IMG/VR virus record: IMGVR_UViG_2588253764_000003
Strand: one strand, 5' to 3'
Source: a virus
Lineage: Duplodnaviria > Caudoviricetes
DNA length: 64,000 nucleotides
The stretch's first letter is position 1. The number at the start of each line of letters is the position of its first letter. Made by a program: the position numbers and the translations under genes. Below are positions 1 to 10,787 of this stretch, one piece after another. Under the pieces are notes generated by a model. The model ran no database searches. It was not told the DNA's origin and worked only from the letters and a program-made list of their open reading frames with translations.

Positions 1-3000
1 AAGATAACTTCGATATTTAGTTTCTTTTGAAGTTCTAAATATTCACTGTTTTCCTTGAGCATACCGTCTATCAAATTTTTTTCTTTAAGCGTCTGAAACG
101 TATCAGCCAAACCAATATGCTTGAAAGGAATGTAATCACCTTTCATCAATCCATGATAGGTTGCTTCAATGTTAATGGCTGCTATGTAATAAGCTAAGAG
201 AACAATCTCATTGGCATGGATATCATGACGGAATTTATATTCCATATCCTCTGGTTTGATGAGATCTGATTGTAAAAGCCTTGTGATAAAGGTACCCGTT
301 CCAGTGAAAGGGTCGAGAATGGAGACACCCCGTGACCCCAAGCTTTTGCCAAACTCTTTACGCAACACATCATCAATAGAATGAATGATAAAATCAACAA
401 CCTCAACGGGGGTATAAACAATCCCAAGCCTATCGGTGGTTTTCTTAAATGCCTTGGTAAAAAAATCTTCATAAAGCTTGATAATAAGGTTTTGTCTTGC
501 TTGGGGGGAGGTAATCCCAGAGGCACGGAATTTCACACTGTCATAAAACTCTTGTAACTCTTTTGATACTTGCTTGATATTGGTTTTATCCAACTCAGCT
601 AAAATCTTTTCCATGGCTTGCGAAATGGCATTGTTTTGTACAAATTCATTGCCCTCAAACAAAGCTTCAAACACGGGACGCGTCACAAGATGTTGCGCTA
701 ACATCTCAATGGCTTCCTCTTGCTTTATTTCACTGTTTAAATTGTTCTTTAATTCTTTATGGAAGGCATCAAAGGCGTGAAAGGCTTCACTGTTTTCATC
801 AGCAAGCAGGTTTTGAAGATGGGTGATATGGTTTTGTGCAATCTCAGCAACATTGCCAGCCCAAATGCCCCAGTAATCGGCAAGGGTAAATTTCTTAGCC
901 AAAAGGGTTTTAAGGGCATTGGGAAACTCTTTATAAAAGGGTAATCTTCCTGTAACACTATGAATGTATTTTTGTGGTTCATAGGCTGCTTTTCCAATCT
1001 CAAGCCCCGTGCTTTCTGGTTTCTCATAAACATAGATTTTATCCTCAACCGCTGTCATGCTCTTTAAGGCGCTAATCTCCAAAACATCACTAACGTCTTG
1101 CCCTAAAATCATCTGGTTAAGGGTGATTTCGAAATTCTCATCATGAGCAAGCAAAGCATTGATCACTTGCCAGACAACACTGTATCTCTTGTTGTATTTT
1201 AAAGCCTCTTCAGCAGAAATCCCAGCCGGCACCCCAACGGGTAAAATGATATAGCCTCTTTTCTTGCCTTTGGCACGGCGCATGATACGCCCCACCGCCT
1301 GTATCACATCCACTTGGCTTTTGCGCGGGTGTAAAAACATGATCGCATCAAGAGCAGGAACATCAACACCCTCAGAAAGACATCTTACATTGGTCAGCAC
1401 ACGACAAGTATGCTCTCCCGCATCTTCCTTTAACCAATCAAGAGCTTCATTGCGTTTCTTGGCACTTTGTGTTCCATCAATATGCGCAAAGGTACATTGA
1501 AGAGGCGGTGTCTCTTTATAGAGTTGATGAAGATCAGACAATTCTTTCTGTATTTCTGGAGAATTGAAGGTATCACGGATACGTTCAGAGGTCTTAATAT
1601 CTCTACAAAAAGCCAAAGCCCGCCGCATAGGGTTAGGGTCATCACTCAGATCAACTTTTAGATCTATTTTGCTAAGAGCTTGATAACAGCCTATGATCTT
1701 GGTTTTATCATCAAGAGTAAGTTCATAATTCTCATCGGTCATCAGATGTTGAATGGATTCACTCACTTCCTCTTCATTAACGCCTAAGATAATAATCTTA
1801 TAAGGAACTAAGAGTTCATTCTTAACGGCTTTTGAGAATGTATAGGTGTAAAGATTTTTTCCATAGAGGGCTTCATCATCCATAGACGCTAAAATGCCAT
1901 TCATTTCATGGGCTTGTTTTTTAGCACTATCAGCAAAGATCTTAGGCGTTGCAGTCATATACAGACGTTTTTTACCCCGAATGATGCTGTTATCATGAAC
2001 CTTGATAAATTCAGATTCATGCTTGTCTGTTCCCAATACAACCCCAGTGGTACGGTGTGCTTCATCACAAATGATCAGATCAAATTCGGGTAAATCATAC
2101 TTTTTTGCGCATCCGAAATTACTTGGATTGAATGGTAAGTAGAAAAGACCACCGTCATCACATCAAGAGAGGTCTTATTGGCTTTACGCGCAAGCTCTTG
2201 TGAATCCGTGGTCGCCGGCAAGACAAGATCTGATGCATCAAGACCAGATTCATCATCCTGTTTGCCTTTACGACGCTTGCCTACTTGTGTATCCGAACAC
2301 ACCGCAAAGGAACGCAAGGGGATTTCTGTATCAAGGGTCCATTCACGGATTGTTTGTGACATCAAAGCAAGGGAGGGCACTAAAAACAACACACGCTTGC
2401 CTTTTCCTGCTATGGCTTCTGCTATCTTAAGGCTCGTAAAAGTCTTGCCCGTTCCACATGCCATAATCAGCTTGCCACGGTCTGCTTCTTGTAAACCTTC
2501 ACAAACTCTTTCAAGCGCTTCTATCTGATGATCTAAAAGCTTTTTTTTCGGTTGCTCTTTAAGGACGGCTTGTCCTCGTTCTTTATAAGCGCCCCAATCG
2601 ATTTGACTGTTTTCTAAATCAAACAGATTAATCTGTTGAATACGAACTTCTTGACCATCACAAGTGTTGTTAGCATTATCACTCCAATTGCTTTCGGTGC
2701 TATCAACGAGAATACGACGCGTAAAAATCTTTTTGCCTGAGGCAGCGATAAAGCTATCAATATCTTCTTTTTTAATGATGTGAGAAGCATCATAGCATTT
2801 ACATTGAATGGCAGCATAGCCACCTTCATCACGGATTGTAGCCACCAGATCAATACCAATATCACGCCCATCTTCATCATGTTCCTTAGCCCATTCCAAA
2901 TAAGTTTGAACCTTTTCGTATTCTTGGCATTGAAGAGGGTCTTCAGCTAAATAAACCTTTACAAGGTTTTCAAACAGCGTTCCCAATTCACGGGGTGATT

Positions 3001-3076
3001 TTGCTTGTCCGCGATAATATTCCAACAGAGAGCGTAGCGTGACATGTTCATGATCAGACTTAAGAGATTGCAGCAT
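1..3076 (-). pseudogene. Type ISP restriction-modification enzyme (nuclease-SF2 helicase-adenine MTase), frameshifted at about 2101-2106 and running off the window
   Basis: ORF 2075-3076 matches the N-terminus of 42212-47185 (IQCKCY, MACGTGKT). After an A6 run the reading continues in another frame (ICDEAH ... ILDPFTGTGTF) down to position 1. Confidence 0.85.
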
Positions 3077-3363
3077 ATTATAACAGAGCTCCGTTTTGGT
3101 ATGAGAGGGTTAATTCTTTTCAAAAGAATCAAAATGAAGCTTATTAAATCCATTTTGAACGAATTGAGAAAAAATGCAGAAAAATGCAGAAAAACGGATA
3201 ATTTTTTTCAAAAAGGGTTTTTAAAAGGCTACTTATCCACAGCCCATGACATGGAATAAGATCAGCAGAATAGTAAAATTTGCTATTCGTTTCACGGATT
3301 AATCAAGACAAATGCACTACGTGCTTTAAAATATCAGAATGAGTACTTTGATAAGTTTTATAG

Positions 3364-3557
3364 ATAGGTTTTGTCGGTTCTTAAAACCCCCAAAACCCCT
3401 ACAAAACCCCTTTTTATATATATTATAGATTGTATTTACGGATTGTATTTAATATAGGTTGTTTCTTTAAAACATTAACATATTGAAATATAATAACTTT
3501 TATTTCTAATTAAAAAAATAAAATAATACCTATAAAAAGCCCCCCCAAAACTCATAA
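3364..3557. repeat. Iteron-like/origin-like module (CCCCAAAA/GGGGTTTT-type repeats around an AT-rich core)
   Basis: Clustered short repeats directly downstream of the DUF3987 gene. A near-identical inverted copy is at 15683-15876. Confidence 0.55.
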
Positions 3558-3620
3558 TGGGGAGTGCTTTGAAGAGTTCACTGTTATATTGTTAATGTTC
3601 TATAAGATTTCCAAATTGCC

Positions 3621-5108
3621 TCAGTGTGATGTTTTATGGCTTGTCACTAAGGGATTCCATTCATAGCGTATGGTAGGGCGACCGCCTTGTGAGCTCTTGT
3701 CTCCAGAGATTTCACGTATATAGTTACAACGGCATAAAAGCTCTAAAGCTTGCTTAACGGCTCCATTATCTTTGAAACATTTCCAATCACGTTTATAAAT
3801 ATCCCTTGTTGTAAAAACATCGGGTAAACAATCACAACGTTCGACAATTAATTTTGCACTCTCTGTTGCTAAGCTATCCGCCGCCGCATAAAGCCTTTTG
3901 ACATGACTTAATAAATATTTTTCCCAATACAAGGCTCTTTCAAGGGCATCTCTATTGATTTCAAAACGCCCACCATCAGCCAGTTCAAAAATCAACGCAA
4001 GGGTTGGTATGGTTTGATTCATTTTCAAAAGATGTGCTTTTAAACTTGATGAGAAATGACCATTCTTTATTCTTTTCTGGAAATCTTCCCAGCATTCACG
4101 AAACATTTCTTGGGCTTCGGCAGAAAAGCGTATAGTTATCGGATATTTTGGTGATCCTAATGGTTTATCATAAAGAGAACGAAAAACCCCTTGATAACTT
4201 TCCCATGCCTTTTGATTGGGAGGTCTATCAATCCATAACTGCTCTTGTCGTTCATCGGGAAAGATCAGCATTTGAAACCGTTGCATAAGACCATCATCGT
4301 TTATTCCACGGTGCATGTCTTGAATAATGGGAATAATACGTGCAGGTTGAATACCCCCTATAATAGAGACAGTTGCATTGGGAATAAAAATGGTTCCCCG
4401 CCCTATACGGTCATAGGTGTATGACTTATTACCATTAAAAGCTGTTAGATAAAAAGAACGGTCTGATTGATATTCCTTTCTTGCCAGATTAGATAAAAAA
4501 CCAGCCAGTTCATCACGAACCAACAAGAGACCACGGGGGTTTTCTTTTAAGAGTTCTCCAAGCTTTTCAACGGTCACATCATTGACGATAAGACGTCGTT
4601 TTAGAGAACTGTCATCTTCCTCACTTTCTTTGTGTTCAAGAGCTTGTGAAAGAAGAGCAAGGGCTTGTTCTTCGTCTTGATCTTTGAGTGCTTTATAGGC
4701 TTGTTTTTTCTTTTCTCGTTTATCTAATTCACTAAGAATCTCTTTTGTTTCTTGCTGTTTTTTCTTCTTTACCCACTCTTGATGCCATTCATCTTGAAAG
4801 GCATAAAGAGGTTCTAAAGCAGCGTCCATGGTACCTGTTTTCATGGTCGAAGGTTCCCCCACAATGACACCCCAGAGATTAGGAACAATTTTCCAATTGG
4901 CATGTTGTTTTGGGGCAACCCGCACGCCATTGCCAATAACAGCAGCCAAGGAACAGAGAGCAGAGATAGCAATAAAATCCATAGGGGCTTGTTGGCTATC
5001 CGCAACGTCATAAACATAGTTCATTAATGGCGTTGGCAACTGTAATAAGCTAAAAGGCTTGACGGGTAAGAGAGCCGTATTAATCGATTGCAATTCCCCC
5101 CCAACCAT
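3621..5108 (-). CDS. DUF3987/YfjI-family replication protein (P-loop helicase-like, C-terminal winged-helix-like region)
   Basis: Motifs VPNLWGVIVGEPSTMKT, LLLVRDELAG, DRIGRG, SIIGGIQP and DGLMQRF, typical of satellite DUF3987 Reps. The true start may be upstream, across a G7 tract. Confidence 0.8.
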   Translation of the reverse strand: MVGGELQSINTALLPVKPFSLLQLPTPLMNYVYDVADSQQAPMDFIAISALCSLAAVIGNGVRVAPKQHANWKIVPNLWGVIVGEPSTMKTGTMDAALEPLYAFQDEWHQEWVKKKKQQETKEILSELDKREKKKQAYKALKDQDEEQALALLSQALEHKESEEDDSSLKRRLIVNDVTVEKLGELLKENPRGLLLVRDELAGFLSNLARKEYQSDRSFYLTAFNGNKSYTYDRIGRGTIFIPNATVSIIGGIQPARIIPIIQDMHRGINDDGLMQRFQMLIFPDERQEQLWIDRPPNQKAWESYQGVFRSLYDKPLGSPKYPITIRFSAEAQEMFRECWEDFQKRIKNGHFSSSLKAHLLKMNQTIPTLALIFELADGGRFEINRDALERALYWEKYLLSHVKRLYAAADSLATESAKLIVERCDCLPDVFTTRDIYKRDWKCFKDNGAVKQALELLCRCNYIREISGDKSSQGGRPTIRYEWNPLVTSHKTSH

Positions 5109-5239
5109 TTTGTTGCAATGCTTGTTTATAAAGAATGGCTTCTAAACAAGTATTTTCGTTTAAAGAGCCGTTATCATTATCATTTAAAGGAGTATTATTC
5201 TCTAAAATATTTTTGTTATCTTGTATCATGTTATTTACC

Positions 5240-5437
5240 TTAGAAAATAGAGGAGATCGTTAAATATGCATTATGCGGGGTTTGCCTCATAAGGACCTCA
5301 AAGGCTTGGCTATAAGCACGCGTAGCAAAGGTAAAATCAGCTAAAGTCTTTTTGATTGGTTGGCTTCCATAACACCCATGCCAAACCCCACGCAAAGCAC
5401 GTGTGATGCCCCACGCATTCTTAAAAGAACACATCAT
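5240..5437 (-). pseudogene. Probable internally deleted primase (zinc-finger/TOPRIM) remnant
   Basis: Lies between AlpA and DUF3987. The N-terminus GITRALRGVWHG resembles satellite primase starts, and an out-of-frame FNDLL-like TOPRIM tail follows. Recognition only. Confidence 0.4.
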
Positions 5438-5535
5438 TTTAAATCCTATAACGTTGCGTCACAGGACGGATTTTGCTATTGTGAGGGTGATTAGTTTGAG
5501 AAAGCCTTGTCCGTCCTTACGTGACAAGGTTTTTT

Positions 5536-5736
5536 TTATGCCACGTCGTTATAACGTTGCTGTTTTGCTTGCTCGATTACATTTAAGAGATCCGATTGTA
5601 ACCAACGGGATAAAAAACCAAATTTTAAAGGTTTTGGGAGAGAGCCATTGGTAACATGACGGCGGAAAGTTGAGACACTCATATGAAGTAATTTTGCACT
5701 TTCACGGTCTGTTAAAAGAATATCATTTTCTGTCAT
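5536..5736 (-). CDS. AlpA-family HTH regulator/excisionase
   Basis: 66 aa, LLTDRESAKLLHMSVSTFRRHV...LPKPLKFG..SRW. Immediately downstream of the integrase. Confidence 0.85.
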   Translation of the reverse strand: MTENDILLTDRESAKLLHMSVSTFRRHVTNGSLPKPLKFGFLSRWLQSDLLNVIEQAKQQRYNDVA

Positions 5737-5944
5737 TCTAAAATCCTTTCATAATAAAAAATAGAACCAAATCATGCCTATTTATTAAGCACATTTTGGT
5801 TCATTTTTGAAGGTATTTTATTTATAGAAAACAATATTTTATCATAGTTTTATTGATGTAATAAATTATGAGTCTTATTGAGAGAGAATGAGAGAGAAGA
5901 GAGCTAAAGTTATCCACAGATCATGGGGTTATTCACCCCATATC

Positions 5945-7111
5945 TTAAGATTGACCGGTGACATAAGCCGCCCATTTATCCATGTAGACACGACGCTGTT
6001 CTAAATAGTCCGTACGACGATAGGCACGCTCTACTTTACCGCCCACTGTATGAGCTAGGATAGTTTCAGCGACCTCATAGGGGGCATCGGTTGTTTCAGC
6101 GAGCCAATCGCGTAAACTAGAACGAAATCCATGGGGACATGCTTTTACTCCAGTTTGTTGCATGTATTGTGACATATTATTCTCACCGAGAGGACCGCGA
6201 CCGGTTGCAGAAAAGAAGAAATCATTGCGAGAAAGCGGACGCGCTTGTTTTAAAATATCTAATGCTTCTGTTGATAAGGGCACACGAAATTCTGTTGTAG
6301 CATCACGCCTTCCTTTCATATTCTCAGCAGGGATAGTCCATATATCCCCCTCAACTTGATCTTCACGAATATGACGCAAGGAATTGGTACGAACCCCTGT
6401 AAGGATAAGCAGACGCAAAGCCAGTTTTGTTATGGTTGATGCTTCACAAAGTGTTTTATAAAAAGCCGGAACATCTTTCCAATCCATAGCTGGTCTATTA
6501 GTGACCTTATGACGTTGTTTTCCTAAGAGAGCTTTTGTTTTTTCTATTGCCTGTAAGTCAACATTCAATCCTAGAGCAGCCGCATGTTTAAGACACATAT
6601 TGAGACGTTTCAGTGCAGCATGAGCAGCTCCAGCTTTTGTATGCCAAATAGGAGCGAGGGTATTGCGTATCTCTATTTGCGTAATCTCAGAAACGGGAAC
6701 ACAACCTAACTTAGGGAGAATATGAAGGCGTAATGGTAAAAACCAATCACTAGCCTTACCATCATTCTTTAATTCAGCTTTACGACTTTCAAAAGCATCT
6801 AGTGCAATGTCTTTTAAATAATGGAGATTACGCATTGCCTCACGCTTTTGTTTATTGCGTTCTTTAATGGGGTCACGACCCTCACGTAAAACAGCACGCC
6901 ATTGATTTGCACATTCGCGAGCTTGTTTTAAAGAAACATCTCTCAAGGCACCCAAGCCCATTTCGCGGCGGCGCCCGTGAAGGGTATAACGATAAAGCCA
7001 TTGAGCACCTCCATCTTTACGCTTATGAAGTAACAAGCCGGCACCATCATTATATTTGCCAGCCCCCAATGTTGCGACAGATCTTGCATTAAGACGGTTC
7101 ATAAGAGCCAT
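5945..7111 (-). CDS. P4-like tyrosine integrase (El1)
   Basis: Arm-binding N-domain (GKYNDGAGLLL, REMGLG). Catalytic TGVR, HGFRSS, LAH and AYRR motifs. Confidence 0.95.
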   Translation of the reverse strand: MALMNRLNARSVATLGAGKYNDGAGLLLHKRKDGGAQWLYRYTLHGRRREMGLGALRDVSLKQARECANQWRAVLREGRDPIKERNKQKREAMRNLHYLKDIALDAFESRKAELKNDGKASDWFLPLRLHILPKLGCVPVSEITQIEIRNTLAPIWHTKAGAAHAALKRLNMCLKHAAALGLNVDLQAIEKTKALLGKQRHKVTNRPAMDWKDVPAFYKTLCEASTITKLALRLLILTGVRTNSLRHIREDQVEGDIWTIPAENMKGRRDATTEFRVPLSTEALDILKQARPLSRNDFFFSATGRGPLGENNMSQYMQQTGVKACPHGFRSSLRDWLAETTDAPYEVAETILAHTVGGKVERAYRRTDYLEQRRVYMDKWAAYVTGQS

Positions 7112-7253
7112 TTTTAGTCCTTTCTTATACAGTTTTTACCCACACACCAGCCCCGCTTTTGACGTGCAAGGGAATGGTTTTGATTGATTCAAGATAAACA
7201 GCTTTGAAATGAGAGAATCTTACGTTATTCGGGACTCTCATTCAATATGAATA

Positions 7254-7532
7254 ATGCTAGATTATCATTATAAATCAAAGTGTTATCCAAATAAGAATAC
7301 ACGACTTTTGAAAGAGGCAATTCTTAAAGCGGCTGAATTGGCAGGCAATAAGTATGGGAAAGAGGGGTTAATCTCTTATCTCGAAAAGCAGGCAATAAGA
7401 TGCCCTGCGGCTTATCTAGCGTTGCTTGGTAAGATCTTGCCTTTACAGGTAACAGGAGAAGATGGGGGGGCGATTAAGATCATAGGGCGTGTAGAAATTG
7501 CTCCTTTAATGAATGACGACAAGACAGATTAA
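7254..7532 (+). pseudogene. Terminase small subunit, 5'-truncated by El1 (first about 11 codons derive from the element)
   Basis: PNKNTRLLKEAIL...YLALLGKILPLQVTGEDGG is TerS-like and overlaps the terL start. The element end motif lies inside its 5' end. Confidence 0.75.
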
Positions 7533-8841
7533 GATTGTACCAAAACTTATCCCTATTTTTGCAGGGGATGCTTTGGTACGCGCGGCTTGGGGTGGACGAG
7601 GGTCTGGTAAAACAAGATCATTTGCCTTGATGGCTGCTTTAAAAGGCTATCAATTTGGTATGCAAGGGATATCGGGGACTATTCTTTGTGCACGTCAGTT
7701 TCAAAATTCGCTAGCAGAGAGTTCATTGGAGGAGATTAAGCGGGCGATTGAAGCCCATGACTTTTTAAGCGAATATTACAAGGTTGGAGAGGCTTCGATT
7801 AAGTCAAATGATGGTCGTATAGCTTTTCAGTTTTCTGGACTGGACCGTAATATAGCCAGTATCAAATCCATGGGGCGTATTTTGCTCTGTTGGGTTGATG
7901 AGGCAGAGCCGGTAACAGAAACAGCTTGGCAGACGCTTATACCAACTTTGCGTGAAGAGGGAGATGGGTGGCGAGCAGAGTTATGGGTGACATGGAACCC
8001 ATTGCGAGATAATGCACCGGTTGAAAGTCGGTTTCGCTTTTCAGACAATGAAGCCATTAAGCGTGTAGAGATCAATTGGTCAGACAATCCGAAGTTTCCC
8101 AAGATCTTGAATGAAGCGCGGCTTGATGATTTGAGAAACCGCCCCGAGACCTATAAGCATATATGGGAAGGGGCTTATCTTACAGCGGTTCAAGGTGCTT
8201 ACTATCAAAAAGAAATGTTGGCAGCGGAGCAAGAGGGGCGGATAGGGCGTGTTGCGCGTGATCCTTTAATGCAGATACGCGCCTTTTGGGATATTGGGGG
8301 CACAGGAGCCAAGGCAGATGCGACAGCGATATGGATAGCGCAATTTGTAGGCAGAGAGATTAGAGTGCTTGATTATTATGAAGCACAAGGACAGCCGTTA
8401 TCAGAGCATATCGGTTGGTTGCGTCACAATGGCTATGAGAAGGCACTGATGGTCCTCCCCCATGATGGTGCGACCAGAGACCGTGTGCACAATGTGAGTT
8501 TTGAGAGCGCTTTAAATGATGCGGGTTTTGAAACGCAGGTCATTCCTAATCAAGGGGCTGGGGCTGTCAAAATGCGAATAGAGGCAGTGCGACGTATTTT
8601 GCCTTCAGTTTGGTTCAATGAAGAGACGACTGTAGCAGGGCGTAAGGCACTGAATTGGTATCATGAGAAATGGGATGAGAAGCGTAATATTGGTTTGGGA
8701 GCAGAACATGATTGGTCCAGTCATGGTGCAGATGCTTTTGGATTAATGTGTGTGGGGTATGAACAACCGATGCAGAGACAAAAGAGACAAGCTTATAGCG
8801 GTAGAGAAGCCTATGAGAGTACGTCATGGATGGCAGAATGA
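7513..8841 (+). CDS. Terminase large subunit (PBSX/terminase_3-like), intact
   Basis: Walker A GGRGSGKT, Walker B WVDEAE, TWNP motif, nuclease motifs WDIG and SHGADAF. Confidence 0.93.
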   Translation: MTTRQIKIVPKLIPIFAGDALVRAAWGGRGSGKTRSFALMAALKGYQFGMQGISGTILCARQFQNSLAESSLEEIKRAIEAHDFLSEYYKVGEASIKSNDGRIAFQFSGLDRNIASIKSMGRILLCWVDEAEPVTETAWQTLIPTLREEGDGWRAELWVTWNPLRDNAPVESRFRFSDNEAIKRVEINWSDNPKFPKILNEARLDDLRNRPETYKHIWEGAYLTAVQGAYYQKEMLAAEQEGRIGRVARDPLMQIRAFWDIGGTGAKADATAIWIAQFVGREIRVLDYYEAQGQPLSEHIGWLRHNGYEKALMVLPHDGATRDRVHNVSFESALNDAGFETQVIPNQGAGAVKMRIEAVRRILPSVWFNEETTVAGRKALNWYHEKWDEKRNIGLGAEHDWSSHGADAFGLMCVGYEQPMQRQKRQAYSGREAYESTSWMAE

Positions 8842-10787
8842 TGGATGATGAAGAGCATTTAGAAAAAGAACATAATGCATCAGATCTGTCAACAGAAGGT
8901 TTGTTTCGCAAGTTAGTCAGTTGGTACAAAGAAGATGTGGAGCATGTGAACAAATGGCGTGAACACGCAAGGGAGGATTTTCAATTTTACAATGGTGATC
9001 AGTGGAATGATCAAGATTTAGCGGCTTTAAAAGAGCAACGCCGCCCCGTTATGACCTTTAATCGCATTGCCCCACTTGTGAATGCTGTTGTGGGTTCAGA
9101 ACGCAACAATAAGCGCGAAGTGCAATTTATTCCCCGTCAAATAGGCAAGGCATTGCCCAGTGAATTGCTTACAGGGGCAGCAGAATGGTTTCGTGATATG
9201 GCACATGCGGAATACGCAGACAGTGATGCTTTCCAAGATGCTGTCATCTGCGGTATGGGGTGGACCGATACGCGGCTTGATTACGAAAATAGTCTTGATG
9301 GTGAACCGGTCATTACGCGTTTAGACCCTTTGAAAATGGTTTGGGATAGTGCGGCAGTGCAACCGAATTTAACGGATGCACAACGCATGTGGTATGTAGA
9401 CCGCAAGCCATTAGACGTAGCCAAGCAAATGTTTCCCAAAGCTCATTGGAGTGAACTTAGTGCGGATTGGGCGCGTGATGGGGCTGCTTATGAAGGGGTT
9501 CATCATAATGATCTTGAAGCTTACGATGATGAGAAGGGCATTGATGTTGAAAACGGTCGACGGATGGTCACACTAGTGGAATGCCGTTGGTTTGAAAGCG
9601 AGAGATATTACAAGGCGCCCGATTTGGAAACGGGTGAACTTCGTGATTACAGCGAAGAGGAGTTTAAGCAGCTCCAATGCATGATGCCCGATATCCAAGG
9701 GGCGGCTTTCAATAAAAAGGTTGTAAAACGCGCCTTTTTAGGGAGAAAACTGCTTGAATGCCCTGATCAACCTTTGGTTCCAGCGGGTCAATTGGGTTGG
9801 GAGTGTATCACGGGGTATTTTGATAAGATAGAACGGCAATTTTATGGGGTTGTCCGTCCGACAAAAGACCCACAACGGTGGGCGAATAAATATTTTAGTC
9901 AGGTGATGCATATTCTCAATAGCCAATCCAAAGGTGGGATTATGGCTGAGAGGGGTGCATTTGAAGATGAGAGAGAAGCTGTAAAGAGTTGGAGCAGGGT
10001 AGATAGTATTACGGTTTTAAAAAATGGCGCTTTGGCAGGGGGTAAGATACAGCCCAAACCCGTAGCACAGTTTCCAACCGGTTTTTTCCAACTGTTTAAT
10101 GAAGCGAAAGAAGCAATTAATCAAGTTACAGGTCTCTCACCAGAGTTTATTGGAACGAGAGAAGTTTCACAAGCAGGGATTTTAGAGGCACAACGGCGTC
10201 AATCCAGTCTTAACCTGCTTGCTTGTTTGTTTGATGGTTTGCGTTTGTATCGCAAAAGGCAGGGCAAGATCATTTTGCACCTGATACAGAATTATTTGTC
10301 TGATGGTCGCTTGGTACGGATATCGGGTGAGGAGAATGCGCAATATATTCCGTTGACCCGTGAAGCGGTAATGAGTGTTGATTATGATATTGTGGTGGAT
10401 GATGCGCCCACCAGCCCGAATGAGAAAGAGCGGACCTTTGGCATTATCACGCAATTATTACCGTTGCTTCAAAATGCTGTTACACCGGATATTATGCTTG
10501 ATTTGCTTCGTTACTCACCCTTGCCTGCGTCTCTGCTTAATCGTGTGAGCGAGAAGATGCAACAGCAGCAAATGGCACAACAAGCCCAGCAACAGCAAAT
10601 GAATCCGGAACAAGAAATGAAGTTGCAAGAAAAGCAGCAGGATATTGCTGCTAAAAGTCAGATGCAACAGATGGATTTGCAAGGCAAGCAGATTGAATTG
10701 GTCATGCGTCAAGAGAGAGCAAAATTGGAAGCGGAATTGATGCAACAACGCATTATAAATAAAAATACAATAAAGTCAATATGTTGA
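8826..10787 (+). CDS. Portal protein (P22-like), 3' end interrupted by El2
   Basis: FYNGDQW, TFNRIAPLVNAVVG and a Q-rich C-terminal barrel. The last 11 aa (IINKNTIKSIC) come from the element, and the native tail is at 37089-37181. Confidence 0.9.
   Translation: MDGRMMDDEEHLEKEHNASDLSTEGLFRKLVSWYKEDVEHVNKWREHAREDFQFYNGDQWNDQDLAALKEQRRPVMTFNRIAPLVNAVVGSERNNKREVQFIPRQIGKALPSELLTGAAEWFRDMAHAEYADSDAFQDAVICGMGWTDTRLDYENSLDGEPVITRLDPLKMVWDSAAVQPNLTDAQRMWYVDRKPLDVAKQMFPKAHWSELSADWARDGAAYEGVHHNDLEAYDDEKGIDVENGRRMVTLVECRWFESERYYKAPDLETGELRDYSEEEFKQLQCMMPDIQGAAFNKKVVKRAFLGRKLLECPDQPLVPAGQLGWECITGYFDKIERQFYGVVRPTKDPQRWANKYFSQVMHILNSQSKGGIMAERGAFEDEREAVKSWSRVDSITVLKNGALAGGKIQPKPVAQFPTGFFQLFNEAKEAINQVTGLSPEFIGTREVSQAGILEAQRRQSSLNLLACLFDGLRLYRKRQGKIILHLIQNYLSDGRLVRISGEENAQYIPLTREAVMSVDYDIVVDDAPTSPNEKERTFGIITQLLPLLQNAVTPDIMLDLLRYSPLPASLLNRVSEKMQQQQMAQQAQQQQMNPEQEMKLQEKQQDIAAKSQMQQMDLQGKQIELVMRQERAKLEAELMQQRIINKNTIKSIC
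10737..10751 (+). repeat. att junction (integrase-distal) of El2
   Basis: TTGATGCAACAACGC duplicated at 37074-37088. Confidence 0.92.

Larger units (their letters stand above)
1..7294 (-). mobile_element. Satellite-like integrative element El1 (partial, left end outside window), inserted in the 5' part of terS
   Basis: Same gene order as El3 in reverse orientation (integrase, AlpA, DUF3987, Type ISP RM). Shares the integrase-proximal end motif ATTATCATTATAAATCAA (7261-7278), after which terS-like coding sequence begins. Confidence 0.85.

Noticed and set aside
5403-5654. 83-aa ORF antisense to alpA (also 39510-39761)
   Set aside because: Overlaps a well-supported gene. It recurs only because the region is duplicated, and the El2 version has a different start and end.
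10555-10680. CAG/CAA-rich repeat as a microsatellite
   Set aside because: It encodes the Q-rich helical C-terminus expected in P22-like portal proteins.
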